Below, piece after piece: positions 1 through 10,247 of a stretch of 64,000 nt of DNA. Each line of letters begins with the position of its first letter. The stretch's first letter is position 1. The translations under genes and the position numbers were made by a program. The notes beneath the pieces were generated by a model. It was given only the letters and a program-made list of their open reading frames with translations, did not search any database and had not been told where the DNA came from. This DNA comes from an uncultured Rivularia sp. (lineage in GTDB: Bacteria > Cyanobacteriota > Cyanobacteriia > Cyanobacteriales > Nostocaceae). The stretch covers positions 8,384,001 through 8,448,000 of the forward strand of contig OY762007.1 of the NCBI GenBank assembly GCA_963665115.1. Direction: 5' to 3'.

Positions 1-55
1 TATAGCAGTTGGTAAAAGCTTCTTTTAATTCATCAATTTTTAGAGGTAACTGCAT
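1..55 (-). CDS. Possible 5' end of a gene running off the window (MQLPLKIDELKEAFTNCY...)
   Basis: ATG at 55-53, open to the window edge; too short to assign. Confidence 0.3.
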   Translation of the reverse strand, partial: MQLPLKIDELKEAFTNCY

Positions 56-201
56 AGTCGATTACCTGGGCTAAATGCGTTAATTTTATATTAGATACTA
101 TTTGCAGGCATTCCGACACAATTTGCAAGAATTCGACCGAATTTCTTAATTCCTATAAATTATTTAGAAGTGCTACATATGTTGTAACAATTTTTTTTTA
201 A

Positions 202-681
202 TTATGCAGTGAGATATTTTTCCATTGCGTAATTTATAAAGATTTCTCCTCTACGTTCTACTTGTTGTTTCTTCACAATTGAAAAACCCATACGTAGAAA
301 AAAAGGTTTAGCAGTAATACTTGCTTCAGCATATAAACGATGTATGTTTAATTCGTAAGCTTTCGCTTCAATTGCATGGTAGATTTTACTGCCCACACCT
401 ATGCGCTGATAGTCTTTGTGACAGTAAAAACAATCTATATGTCCGTCAGATTCTAATTCACCAAAACCCGCGATAGTACCGTTATCATCAGCTACGTAAG
501 TAAATTTTTCAGAACAAACACTTACCCAATCTCTAAAATTGATATCATCCGGTGCCCATGCTTTCACATGATTTATTGAGTAATCGTTAATATTAACTTC
601 ACGCACAGTTTGATGAAACAATTGTGCAATTTGCTCCGCATCTTGTTTTTCAAATAATCTTATTTTAATTGGATCGGGCAT
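202..681 (-). CDS. GNAT family N-acetyltransferase (YafP-like)
   Basis: Acetyl-CoA motif YQRIGVGS, ASITAKPFF.RMGF. Confidence 0.9.
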   Translation of the reverse strand: MPDPIKIRLFEKQDAEQIAQLFHQTVREVNINDYSINHVKAWAPDDINFRDWVSVCSEKFTYVADDNGTIAGFGELESDGHIDCFYCHKDYQRIGVGSKIYHAIEAKAYELNIHRLYAEASITAKPFFLRMGFSIVKKQQVERRGEIFINYAMEKYLTA

Positions 682-910
682 AGGGGATAGGGAATGGGGG
701 ATAGGGAATTGGGATTAATCACAGAATCCTTATCCGATCGTAATTTATGAATGCTAAAACAAACAAATATCCCAAATATGCTTAAAAACTAATCGGATGG
801 TTGATTTTTTTTCTAGCTCAAATATTTTCTACAAAACTAGCTTGAATTATGAGTGCAATATAATATTAATTTAAAAAATAATAATAATTAAAAGAATAAA
901 GGCAATGCCT

Positions 911-987
911 AATTACCAATTACCAATTACCAATTACCAATTACCAATTACCAATTACCAATTACCAATTACCAATTACCAATTACC
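911..987. repeat. STRR heptamer tandem repeat (AATTACC)x11
   Basis: Perfect tandem heptamers, typical of Nostocales. Confidence 0.95.
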
Positions 988-1063
988 CATAATCACTAGA
1001 TAAATCCCACACAACTTTAAATCGATAGGGATTCATATATAGCAAATATGGCGAAATTATTAA

Positions 1064-1339
1064 TTAGTTACTTGAACATTGCCATCTAAAATATTGTATA
1101 TCTGCCCAAGCTTGGTTTTGATGAAACATTTGGGCTATCTTAGACCATGTTGTTTTTGAAACTTTAGTAAGATCGTATTTTTGTAAATCGCCAAACTTAC
1201 AAAACATTTTATAAGCCCAAGTTGGCTCATATCCCATGAATCTTGCTATAGCTGTCCAGTCTGCTAATGAAAATAATGTTATGTCAATTTCCGATTTATT
1301 TTGCAGGTCTTTGGAACTGATAGTCTTAGCTAATAACAT
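1064..1339 (-). CDS. Small hypothetical protein with a two-fold internal repeat
   Basis: 91 aa ORF; D(I/L)T..S...W..IA........WA motif occurs twice. Confidence 0.6.
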   Translation of the reverse strand: MLLAKTISSKDLQNKSEIDITLFSLADWTAIARFMGYEPTWAYKMFCKFGDLQKYDLTKVSKTTWSKIAQMFHQNQAWADIQYFRWQCSSN

Positions 1340-1733
1340 GGCATTCCTATTTAAAAAAAGTTTTCAGCAAACAACCAAAACTATGCAGTAGCTGGATTAT
1401 TTGGTTGTCATAAGTAAAATCCACCTCGGTTTTCACACATTTATTTTGAAATGTCAAGTAATTCTAAATGCAATTTTAGAATAATATTATTTTTCAGATG
1501 AAATTAATCGCTTAATTTTCTACAAATATATGTTTCTATGCCTATAAACAATGAATTAGGACGCTACTAAAAGCAAACTAGCCTTTACTAGCTATTTAAG
1601 GCTATTTTATCTCTAAATATCGTTTTTAATTTGGATAGGTAAGTGGTATATTCTTAAGCCGATTCAAAAATATTTTATTAATATTGCTTCTTTTTACTGC
1701 TCTATATTTTCTCAAAAATATTTTTTTAGTCTC

Positions 1734-3027
1734 TTGGTGTTTAATTGTGGGAATTTTCTGGGAATAATCAACATGATGTTGCTGCCCAGAGTATGGTTAA
1801 TCAAAAAAATGAGAGCATTATTCCCTCAACAAAAGAAAATTAATTCTCGATTATGCCTTGTATTTGGCAGCGTTATATGCTTATTATTAGTCTTAACTCC
1901 AGTATTTTCAGTGTATGGTCAAGGAAGCTCCAAACAAACCGTTGACCAACTCAAGCAGGAACGAAAGCAAATCAAGCAACAGCATCAAGATGTAGTTAAA
2001 GAAAAAAAACGTTTAAATAATTTGCAGCAAGAAGCTGAAAAACGTCTTGGTGGTTTAGAAGAAAATCTGCAAACTACCAATAGTCAGATTGAAGATAGTG
2101 AAACTCGTTTGCAAGTTGCAACTCAACGACTCCAACAGTTGCAAGCAGATTTAGCTTCCTCGCAAGTATTCTACGCTCAACGTCAAGCGTCAACTGTTGC
2201 CAGACTCAAGTATTTGCAACGTTCCCCAGTCAGTCAAGGATGGGCTGTTTTACTGCAAAGCCGCAATTTAAATGACTTTCTTAGTCGCCGTCGTAACTTA
2301 AAGTTAGTTTATCAAGCCGATCGAGAAGTTTTAGCAAAGTTGACCGAAGAAGCTAGCCTGATAAAACAGCAAAAAACCGATATAGAAAGGAAAAAGAACG
2401 AAATATCCTTGATTAGGCAGCAATTATTAGCGCAAAAAGCCGATTATCAAGGTCAAGCGGAACTACAAACCGATTTAGTACAGCGTTTAAATAGCGATCG
2501 CGTTGCCTTAGATGCAGCAAGAATCCAGTTAGAAAGAGACTCATTATCTGTAAGGAACTTAATTCAACAGAAAGTAGCTGAAGAAGAAGCCAGAATTGCA
2601 GCAGCCAAAGCCCGCAGCCAAGCAAGAAACTTCGTCCGTGGAAGCGGTATCATGGCATTTCCCAGCAGTGGTTATATTAGCAGCCCTTACGGTTGGCGAT
2701 CGCACCCAGTTCTAGGTCGCCGTCGCTTACATACTGGTATGGATTTTGCAGCCGGTTACGGTAGTACAATACGCGCCGCAGATTCCGGAACCGTTCTATA
2801 TTCAGGATGGTACGGCGGTTACGGCAAAACAGTAATCATCAATCATGGCAAAGGAATCACCACACTTTACGGACATAGCAGTAAATTATACGTAAATGCC
2901 GGAGAAAGCGTTAAACGCGGGCAAGCTATATCAGCAATAGGTTCAACTGGATTATCAACAGGGGCCACACCTACATTTTGAAGTCCGCAAAAACGGTATT
3001 CCAGTAAACCCCGCAAATTATCTTTAA
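1734..3027 (+). CDS. Coiled-coil plus peptidase M23 protein (EnvC-like murein hydrolase/activator); apparent +1 frameshift at GGGG 2961-2964; true start may be downstream (~1809)
   Basis: TM, long coiled coil, HTGMD, YGH; removing one G gives TGPHLHFEVRKNGIPVNPANYL* ending at 3027. Confidence 0.88.
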
Positions 3028-3078
3028 CAGTTAGGAATGGGCATTGGGAATGGGGCATTGGGCATGGAATTACTAAGG

Positions 3079-3792
3079 TTAAAGGTTTAAATTCTCCTTG
3101 TCCCCTTGTCCCCTTGTCTCCCCATCTCCTCCCTCTACTCCCTCTCCCGTTGTCTCCTGATTACCCAGCGGAATAAAAAACTTCATTTTAGGAATTTGAC
3201 TTAAACTTTCATCACCACCCGATTGATTATTGGTAATCAGATTCAAAAATTTAGTTTGCGGTGAAACTTTGCCGATAAAAACAAACTCTCCTTTCAAAGT
3301 TGTACCGGGTAAAATTTCGACATCGGGATTAGTTGCTGGTGCAGCCAAATTATATTTTTTCCCTAAGTCATCTACAAGCACCATTCCTTTACCGTTATTA
3401 TTGAATTCAACAGTATTTTTAGAACCGTTAGTCGCAGACATTTCGACTTTGGTACTGTCTTCAGTAAAAGAAATTTGTGTCAGTCTTCCTACAGTACCGT
3501 TGGGATGAGTTGCTTGAACATTCAATGTTTTCCCTATTGGAACCGCGTTAACTTGACTCGATTCTGTAACCGAAATATTACCTGTAGCTGAAGACTTGCT
3601 TTCAGAAGCATTCTCAACAGTTTCCGGTAATTTATCGGCAACTGTTTGATTGATTTGTTCGCTGAGTATCTGCTGTGCTTGCTTGTTACTTAAGAAAAAC
3701 CAAACACTAGCACCAGTTATCAGCACGAGAGTAAATATCACCCCTAGTAGAAAACCACCACAGCCATTTTTTTTCAAATTCTTCTCAGACAT
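3079..3792 (-). CDS. Membrane-anchored protein with a beta-rich C-terminal domain (HPNG motif; DUF4352-like)
   Basis: N-terminal TM helix; HPNGT.GRL..ISF...TNG...LVDDLG.KYNL shared with the neighbouring gene. Confidence 0.75.
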   Translation of the reverse strand: MSEKNLKKNGCGGFLLGVIFTLVLITGASVWFFLSNKQAQQILSEQINQTVADKLPETVENASESKSSATGNISVTESSQVNAVPIGKTLNVQATHPNGTVGRLTQISFTEDSTKVEMSATNGSKNTVEFNNNGKGMVLVDDLGKKYNLAAPATNPDVEILPGTTLKGEFVFIGKVSPQTKFLNLITNNQSGGDESLSQIPKMKFFIPLGNQETTGEGVEGGDGETRGQGDKENLNL

Positions 3793-3933
3793 AGCAAAGT
3801 ACTTTTATTTATGTATGAATTTAAAATAACTTTTTCTGCGTATTATCTACAGCTTTTATTGTGACAATTTGATAAATTAAAATTAGTATTTTTGAGAAAA
3901 TTAGCAAGTATGGGAAGTAGAAAGCTAAAATGT

Positions 3934-4569
3934 TTACATTGGCTGCTTCTGACTGTTCGTCGATTGCTGTTCAATCGGAATATAAAACTCCATCTTCGGA
4001 CGACGAGTTAAGGCTCGATCGCTACCTATTTGATTATTGGTAATTAAAGTTAGATTATTTGCTTTTGTAGTAACTCCACCTTGAAAAATTAGCTCTCCTT
4101 TAAAGGTTGTACCGGTTTTAATCTGAAGATAAGGATTATCAAAGGGTGGTTTCAAATTGTATTTATTACCTAAATCATCTACAAGTACAATTCCTTTACC
4201 AGAATAATTCAGATAGACATTATGCCTAAAACCATTTGTTACGGCTATTTGTACAACAGTATTTTCTGCATTGAAAGAAATATCACTTAATCTTCCTATA
4301 GTACCGTTGGGATGCTCTGCCCTAATATTTAATGTTTTTTTTGTTAATAGCGTGCCTGTGTTTTGTGTCTCATTGAAGCTATTTTCAGGATCAACATTTA
4401 TATTTTCGCCGATTACTCGTTGCACTTGTTTGTTATTAAACATCAGCAACGTACCAATACAGACTATCAGCAAAACCGCAGATATGATTCCTAGAACAAA
4501 ACCAATGTTGTTATCATCAGTGCTAGAAGCATCCTTAATTAATTTGTGTTTTAAATTATCTCGATTCAT
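3934..4569 (-). CDS. Tandem paralog of 3079..3792, membrane-anchored beta-rich protein
   Basis: Same TM plus HPNG-domain layout, LITNNQ.G.D motif. Confidence 0.75.
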   Translation of the reverse strand: MNRDNLKHKLIKDASSTDDNNIGFVLGIISAVLLIVCIGTLLMFNNKQVQRVIGENINVDPENSFNETQNTGTLLTKKTLNIRAEHPNGTIGRLSDISFNAENTVVQIAVTNGFRHNVYLNYSGKGIVLVDDLGNKYNLKPPFDNPYLQIKTGTTFKGELIFQGGVTTKANNLTLITNNQIGSDRALTRRPKMEFYIPIEQQSTNSQKQPM

Positions 4570-4808
4570 ACCATAGTGATTTTAACGCTGCATAACTATA
4601 AAGTAAGTCTTTTGAGTATTTTCCTCGGTTTGCAAGGTCACTATTAGAAACTTTTTTAAAACAAATTACTGAAGTGAATAGTATGCATCGCTTCCTTAAT
4701 GAATCAAGTGCGTCTAACAGCGATTAATCTGACTTTAGTAGCCAGGAAAAGAAATAAACGCTATACTGTTTATTAATATGTAGGCAAAATTTTGTCTGAT
4801 ATTTGTTA

Positions 4809-4881
4809 GGGCGCGTAGTTCAGTGGATAGAACATCAGATTCCGGTTCTGACGGTCGGGGGTTCGAATCCCTCCGCGCTCA
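4809..4881 (+). tRNA. trnR: tRNA-Arg (anticodon CCG), CCA not encoded
   Basis: Acceptor GGGCGCG/CGCGCTC-A, D-loop AGTGGATA, anticodon arm TCAGA-TTCCGGT-TCTGA, T-loop GTTCGAATCC. Confidence 0.96.
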
Positions 4882-4930
4882 TTTTTTAGCTTGAAAATAG
4901 GGAACAGAGAACAAAGAAATTTTACCAAAT

Positions 4931-4975
4931 CGAGCGTAAAGCACCGCCGTTTAAAGGTGGTGACTTAAGTGAGTC
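4931..4975. mobile_element. Possible IS200/IS605-family end remnant
   Basis: CGTAAAGCACCGCCGTTTAAAGGTGGTG hairpin resembles cyanobacterial IS605 subterminal palindromes (from memory). Confidence 0.4.
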
Positions 4976-5027
4976 AGTAAGTAAAAATTGCTTTCTGTTC
5001 CCTGTTCCCTATTTCCCGTCTGAAATA

Positions 5028-5786
5028 CTAATCAGCAATAAAATCGCTATGACCAGTATAAATATAGTCAACGTCACGCGAACCAATTTTGTTTTCTAAC
5101 TCCACAGCATAATGAGATTCTTCTTTTGCAATCAATACTGCTTTGTAATCTCCTGGCTGTATTACCTCCAATCGACTTGGATCTATATTTGAAGATTGAT
5201 CGGAAGAAGGTTTGAGGTAAGTAGTATAACCAACCTTTAAAATACCAGATATCGTTGTTACTTCTTCTTTACCAACCAAACCATCGACAATTGCTGTAGC
5301 CATTTTTTCAGCATTGAACAATTTCATATCTTTGTCCGAACTGATAAAGCAGCATTCAATTAAAATTGCTGGCATTGAAGTCAGTTCTAATACTCGAAAT
5401 CTAGCTTTTTTAACACCTCGGTTCAAAAAACCCAAAGATGCAATATTACTAAGTACACCCACAGCTAAAGGTCTAGCAGCACTACGTATATCGTACACGT
5501 AAACTTCACTACCATTAGCTCTTGAACTGCTAAAAGAATTAAAGTGAATAGAAATAAAATAATCAGTACCAAATTGATTAGCTTTTCTGGCTCTTTGCAT
5601 CAAAGAATCATCGGTACTATAAGCAGATTGTGGCGTAACAGAAACAGCTTTATGTCCTCTCAGATTCAGCTTACTAATAACTAATTCCCCTACTAACTTA
5701 GTTAAAGCATCTTCACTGTACTGATTAGTAGCAGCGCCAGTATCGTATGGAGGACAATTGTGACCAATATCGATAGCAAAGAACAT
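5028..5786 (-). CDS. N-acetylmuramoyl-L-alanine amidase (Amidase_3) with a C-terminal accessory domain
   Basis: IDIGH, SE, SIHFNS, PAILIECCF Zn/catalytic motifs. Confidence 0.92.
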   Translation of the reverse strand: MFFAIDIGHNCPPYDTGAATNQYSEDALTKLVGELVISKLNLRGHKAVSVTPQSAYSTDDSLMQRARKANQFGTDYFISIHFNSFSSSRANGSEVYVYDIRSAARPLAVGVLSNIASLGFLNRGVKKARFRVLELTSMPAILIECCFISSDKDMKLFNAEKMATAIVDGLVGKEEVTTISGILKVGYTTYLKPSSDQSSNIDPSRLEVIQPGDYKAVLIAKEESHYAVELENKIGSRDVDYIYTGHSDFIAD

Positions 5787-6105
5787 TCGTGTATCTCCTT
5801 GTATTTTCTACTACAACCCGAGACACCCTTTAAATATTTAAATATGCGGAACAATTGAGTAAAAAACTCAATTAATCTTATTCATAACGAAATAAATACA
5901 TTTGGTGAAAATGTATCTAAGTTGAATTATTGATAATCGCAAAAAAGCTGATATATCTAACTAATATTGTAAAAATTATTTCTTGATAATTAAATAAAAA
6001 AAATGTAGTTTGATTAAAAATAAAAAAAATTATATCTAAAGTTGTACTAGAAAACAGCGAACAATTAATTATCTTGTCCCCTTGTCTCCTTGTCCCCTTG
6101 TCTCA

Positions 6106-6206
6106 CCCTACGGGTTGCGCCACTTGCTACAAGTTGGGGAACCCCGAAGTTTCTTTAAGCGGGGGAACCCCGCCAACGAACTTCTCTCCGCCCAACGCAG
6201 TGGCTT
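6106..6206. repeat. Nested short dispersed repeat (GCCACTTGCTAC...GGGGAACCCC...CGCAGTGGCT) inside an STRR tract
   Basis: GC-rich palindromes, two GGGGAACCCC hairpins, termini GCCACT/AGTGGC. Confidence 0.6.
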
Positions 6207-6221
6207 ACCATCACCCCATCC

Positions 6222-7205
6222 CTACCTCACAGCAGGATGGAGAATAATTAAATGAAACTCAAGTCTAGTTTCCAATTTGAGAAATCGTTGCTGTAAAGAT
6301 TGCCATTGCTGCCATAAGTCGTAACGATTTTTCGTAAGTAATGTTGCTAGAGTAGGAAGCTCTTTGCTAATTTTTGATGACAACACATCTTGCAGCCATT
6401 CATTTAAAACAGCGCTATCCTGCATGGAACCCAAAATTTCTTGGATATTTCTAACTTGTGCAAGATAATTCGCATATCCTTCACCATATAAATTGGTAAA
6501 TAATTCCATCTGATAGCGCAGTCTTTTTGCTTGCTTGCGTAAATCGTGCAAATTTTCTGCTTGTGTTAGTAATTGCTTATCCACTTTCTTTTCATCAAAG
6601 TCGGTAGAAATAACAACTTTATTTCCCTGTACTTCTGTTCCAACTAACCAACCCGGATGTAGTAAAAAACTACTCACTTCTGGTAAAAGTAAATCTGGTA
6701 ACGCTTGCTGAATTGTCAAATTTGCTAATGGTTGATAGCTTGGCTCTTCCAACCATTCTTTTAAACCTGTTTTTAAAGATTTATAACGCTCAGTTTTAAA
6801 TAATGCTTTGACATCGGCTGCTGCATCTAGACGTTGTTTTTCTAAAGTGTCAATAATGTTATTTAAAACCGATCTTTCTTTTTTGGGTAACTGTGGTTTA
6901 TATGCCGTTTCTAAAGTTTCTTTTAATACATCTAAATCTCTTAACGAACCAAGACAACCGGCAATTTTTTTAATGTTTTTATCGTTCGCCGAACTAGGAA
7001 AATTAACAATGGAATTGAGATTAGTTACGGTAGTACGCAAACGACGCATACCAACGCGCATTTGATGTAGAGCCTCGGCATCTTTGTCATTTTTGACGGA
7101 TTTTTCCCATTTCCATGTTTTTTTGAAGTGTTTTTCAATTGCACTGTAAGTGTAGTCTCTGAAAGTTTTTACTGTAGGTTTTGTAGCTAATGTCATAGCA
7201 ATCAA
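6222..7205 (-). CDS. CHAD domain protein (polyphosphate-binding family)
   Basis: LHQMRVGMRRLR, LG.LRDLDV, LHDLRKQAKRLRY, QEILG..QD. Confidence 0.92.
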   Translation of the reverse strand: MIAMTLATKPTVKTFRDYTYSAIEKHFKKTWKWEKSVKNDKDAEALHQMRVGMRRLRTTVTNLNSIVNFPSSANDKNIKKIAGCLGSLRDLDVLKETLETAYKPQLPKKERSVLNNIIDTLEKQRLDAAADVKALFKTERYKSLKTGLKEWLEEPSYQPLANLTIQQALPDLLLPEVSSFLLHPGWLVGTEVQGNKVVISTDFDEKKVDKQLLTQAENLHDLRKQAKRLRYQMELFTNLYGEGYANYLAQVRNIQEILGSMQDSAVLNEWLQDVLSSKISKELPTLATLLTKNRYDLWQQWQSLQQRFLKLETRLEFHLIILHPAVR

Positions 7206-7491
7206 ATTATAGGAATAATATTTTACTTCTTGTAAGCATTATCGAATACTATCATCGCTACCAAGCATATGTATCAAACTTGATATTTTTTTATATTAAT
7301 CTGTTATTGATTTAGTTGAATATTTTTAATCCAATCTCTGTCTTCAGAAAGATTACCGATGTTTTATTTGATTAGATTCTTATCTTAAGATATATTTTAG
7401 TACTATTGTTATTCATAGGTATTAAATTACAAGTATTATTAAAAGTTAAAAATATCACTAAATGCTTTTTAGGATAAAGCTAGTATAAAAA

Positions 7492-8599
7492 ATGCATCAG
7501 CCTTCTTTAATAAGTAAAGTTTTACTCAGCTTTGCAGATAATTTTGCGGAGCATCATCATGACCTTTCAGCATTATTGCTAACCCCGGATAAGCATTTGT
7601 GGCTGGGTTCCGATGAAGCTTCTACAATTGAACGCCTTTCGTTTATTGATAATGAAAACTTTGGAGAACACAAACAGTTTCGGGTAGCAGAATTTTTTGA
7701 TTTACCAGCACCCGAAGACGAAGAAATTGATATTGAAGGGTTAGCATACAGCGATTATTACTTATGGCTAATAGGTTCTCATAGTTACAAACGCAAAAAA
7801 CCTAAACCTGATAAATCGGATGCACAAAACATCAAGAGGTTGACGAAAGTAAAATCAGAAGCAAATCGTTATATTATCGGACGCATCCCTTTGGTAGATG
7901 GTGAATTAATTCGCGAATGTCCCCATCCCGAAAATCCTAACGTGCAGTTAAGTGCCGGAAAATTACAGGTAACACCCCAAGGAAACCTGTTGATGGAAGC
8001 TTTGGCAAACGATCCGCATTTAGGCTTTTTTGTAACAGCAGAAATACCAGGTAAAGATAATGGTTTTGATTTTGAAGGCATAGAAATTTGCCAAAACAGG
8101 ATTTTTCTAGGTTTACGCGGCCCCTGTGTTGCGTGGTTGGGCGATAATTTTAGAAATAGAGTTGCAATCAAACTTACCAGGATTGCTCGATCTAAAATAT
8201 CTCGGAGTAAGCGGCGAGAAATACAAAAAGCATTTTATTTATTTAAATGGTTTGGGAATTCGGGATTTATGCTGGGATAATCAAGATTTGTTGATTTTAG
8301 CTGGCCCCACAATGGATTTAGATGGCCCCGTAACAATTTATCGTTTACAAAACGGGCTCAATTTAGAGGAGAATGTGCTTAATTATCCCCAAGCAGTACT
8401 TGATATTCCTTACGGTAAAGGTAACGACCATGCAGAAGGAATTACCTTATTTGAAGGGATTACAGGAGGGCGTTCAAAGCGACAGCTTTGCGGGCGATCG
8501 CTCTTGGTAGTTCACGATTCACCCGCAGAAAATAGACTACAGGGTCAAGCTAGTATAATTGCGGATGTTTTCCAATTAACAGTGAACAGTGAACAGTGA
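7492..8599 (+). CDS. DUF3616 family protein; apparent +1 frameshift at CCCC 8121-8124
   Basis: EIDIEGL, GSHS.KRKK, KDNGFDFEG; joined frame gives GLRGPVLRGWA, then LAGPTMDLDGP, AEG. Confidence 0.82.
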
Positions 8600-8633
8600 A
8601 CAGTGAACAATTTATTCCACTAATAATTAATAA

Positions 8634-8824
8634 CTAGTACCATACGGCTTAAATAGCGCACCCCTAATTTAAATGCTCAGAAGTCGGGTTTTTATAAAAT
8701 TTGTAAGTGTATTACAGATACATATTCTAAAAACCCGACTTCTCAACCGGAGCGTCGCGTGTCTTCTTGCGATCCTTAAGTCCGGTTATTATATGGGTAC
8801 CTAACTTACGCCCGTCTGTACTAG
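8634..8824. mobile_element. MITE-like element with CTAG ends and imperfect terminal inverted repeats
   Basis: Left CTAGTACCATACGGCTTAAATAGCGCACCC; right (rc) CTAGTACAGACGGGCGTAAGTTAGGTACCC; related to 20809 and 51950 elements. Confidence 0.7.
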
Positions 8825-8872
8825 CAACAACTAACAACTAACCACTAACCACTAACAACTAACAACTACTTT

Positions 8873-9277
8873 TCACAAGTTGGTAGAAATTGCATTCACC
8901 GGACAAGTAGGAATACACTGCTCGCAAACAATACAGCGAGAACGAGTAAACGTTAACTTAAAACTTTGGGGATTAAGAGTAAGCGCTTGTGTAGGACAAA
9001 CCCCAGTACACAAGCCGCAGTGAACGCAAGCTTCTTCATCGATAACAATTTCTCCCAAACTGAGCGAAACAGTAATATTTTGTTCGCGCATCCACTGTAT
9101 AGCTGCATCTAACTGATCGATATCTCCAGACAATTCCACAACAAGCTTACCAATTTGATTGGGAGCAACTTGAGCGCGGATAATATTAGCCGCAACATTA
9201 AAATCCTTTGCCAGTCGATAAGTAACTGGCATTTGAACCGTGCGTTTGGGAAAGGTGATGGTAACTCGCTTTTTCAT
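8873..9277 (-). CDS. NIL domain plus 2x[4Fe-4S] ferredoxin
   Basis: ANIIRA NIL-type N-terminus; CVHCGLCTGVCP and CIVCEQCIPTCP. Confidence 0.93.
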   Translation of the reverse strand: MKKRVTITFPKRTVQMPVTYRLAKDFNVAANIIRAQVAPNQIGKLVVELSGDIDQLDAAIQWMREQNITVSLSLGEIVIDEEACVHCGLCTGVCPTQALTLNPQSFKLTFTRSRCIVCEQCIPTCPVNAISTNL

Positions 9278-9499
9278 TTTTATTAGTTGCTAGTTGCTAG
9301 TTGTTAGTTGTTAGTTGTTAGAAGTCTTTTTTACCCGCTCTCCCCCCTCTCCCTATCTCCCCATCCCCCCATCCCCAATGCCCCATCCCCCATGCCCAAT
9401 TCCCATCCAATGTTTTTATTTTCGTAACGGTTCTAATAAATGGAAGTAGAGGGTTAAACTTATATGAAATGACTTGTTAAGATTTTATAAACCTTTGTT

Positions 9500-10087
9500 A
9501 TGAATACGGATTCGCCCTTGAAATCCCAGGAAAAACCAGAATCGACGTTTGGAATACGTCTGCGAAATTTTTTGATTGTGACGGTAGCTGCTGTTCTTTC
9601 AGTAGCCTTATTTTTGGGACTACGAAGCGAAACAAGTTCGGTTTCCTTAGCTGACTTGGATCAAAATTCCACACCTTTGGAATTTGCTTTGAGTAATGGA
9701 AAACCATCTTTAATAGAATTTTACGCTAATTGGTGTACTGTCTGTCAGAAGATGGCACCCGACATTGCGACACTGGAAACAGAATACGCCGACAAAGTAA
9801 ATTTCGTAATGCTGAATGTGGATAATAGTAAGTGGCTACCAGAAATGCTGCAATATCGCGTGGATGGGATTCCGCATTTTGTGTTTTTAGATAAAAGTGC
9901 CCAAGCCCAAGCTGAAACTATCGGCGATCAACCCCGTACAATCATGGGAAGTAACCTAGAAGCCTTGATTGCAGGTTCGACTTTACCTTATGCTCAAGCT
10001 AACGGTAGAGTTTCGCAATTTTCATCAACCACTTCAACTGGTAGTAATGATGACCCACGCAGTCACGGCAGCCAGGTGGTGGATTAA
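9500..10087 (+). CDS. txlA: Membrane-anchored thiol:disulfide interchange thioredoxin (TxlA-like)
   Basis: N-terminal TM, EFYANWCTVC, VDGIPHF, C-terminal DPRSHG. Confidence 0.85.
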   Translation: MNTDSPLKSQEKPESTFGIRLRNFLIVTVAAVLSVALFLGLRSETSSVSLADLDQNSTPLEFALSNGKPSLIEFYANWCTVCQKMAPDIATLETEYADKVNFVMLNVDNSKWLPEMLQYRVDGIPHFVFLDKSAQAQAETIGDQPRTIMGSNLEALIAGSTLPYAQANGRVSQFSSTTSTGSNDDPRSHGSQVVD

Positions 10088-10247
10088 TATGCTTATCACG
10101 GCTTATAGACTGGCTCATAGTTTTCTTGCAAGCATATCTTGCTTGCGTGGGTTTAAGATAGGTGAGGTTGTATTAGCTACAACATCGCTTGTAGTATTTC
10201 GTTCAAAACACAATTAACCTCAACTATTCTTCCCATAGCTGGGAAAT

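Noticed and set aside
4809..5786. Prophage or island integrated at tRNA-Arg
   Set aside because: No integrase and no duplicated tRNA 3' end seen in the window
5944..5953. Single AAAGCTGATA upstream of the amidase
   Set aside because: One copy in very AT-rich DNA; cannot be distinguished from chance
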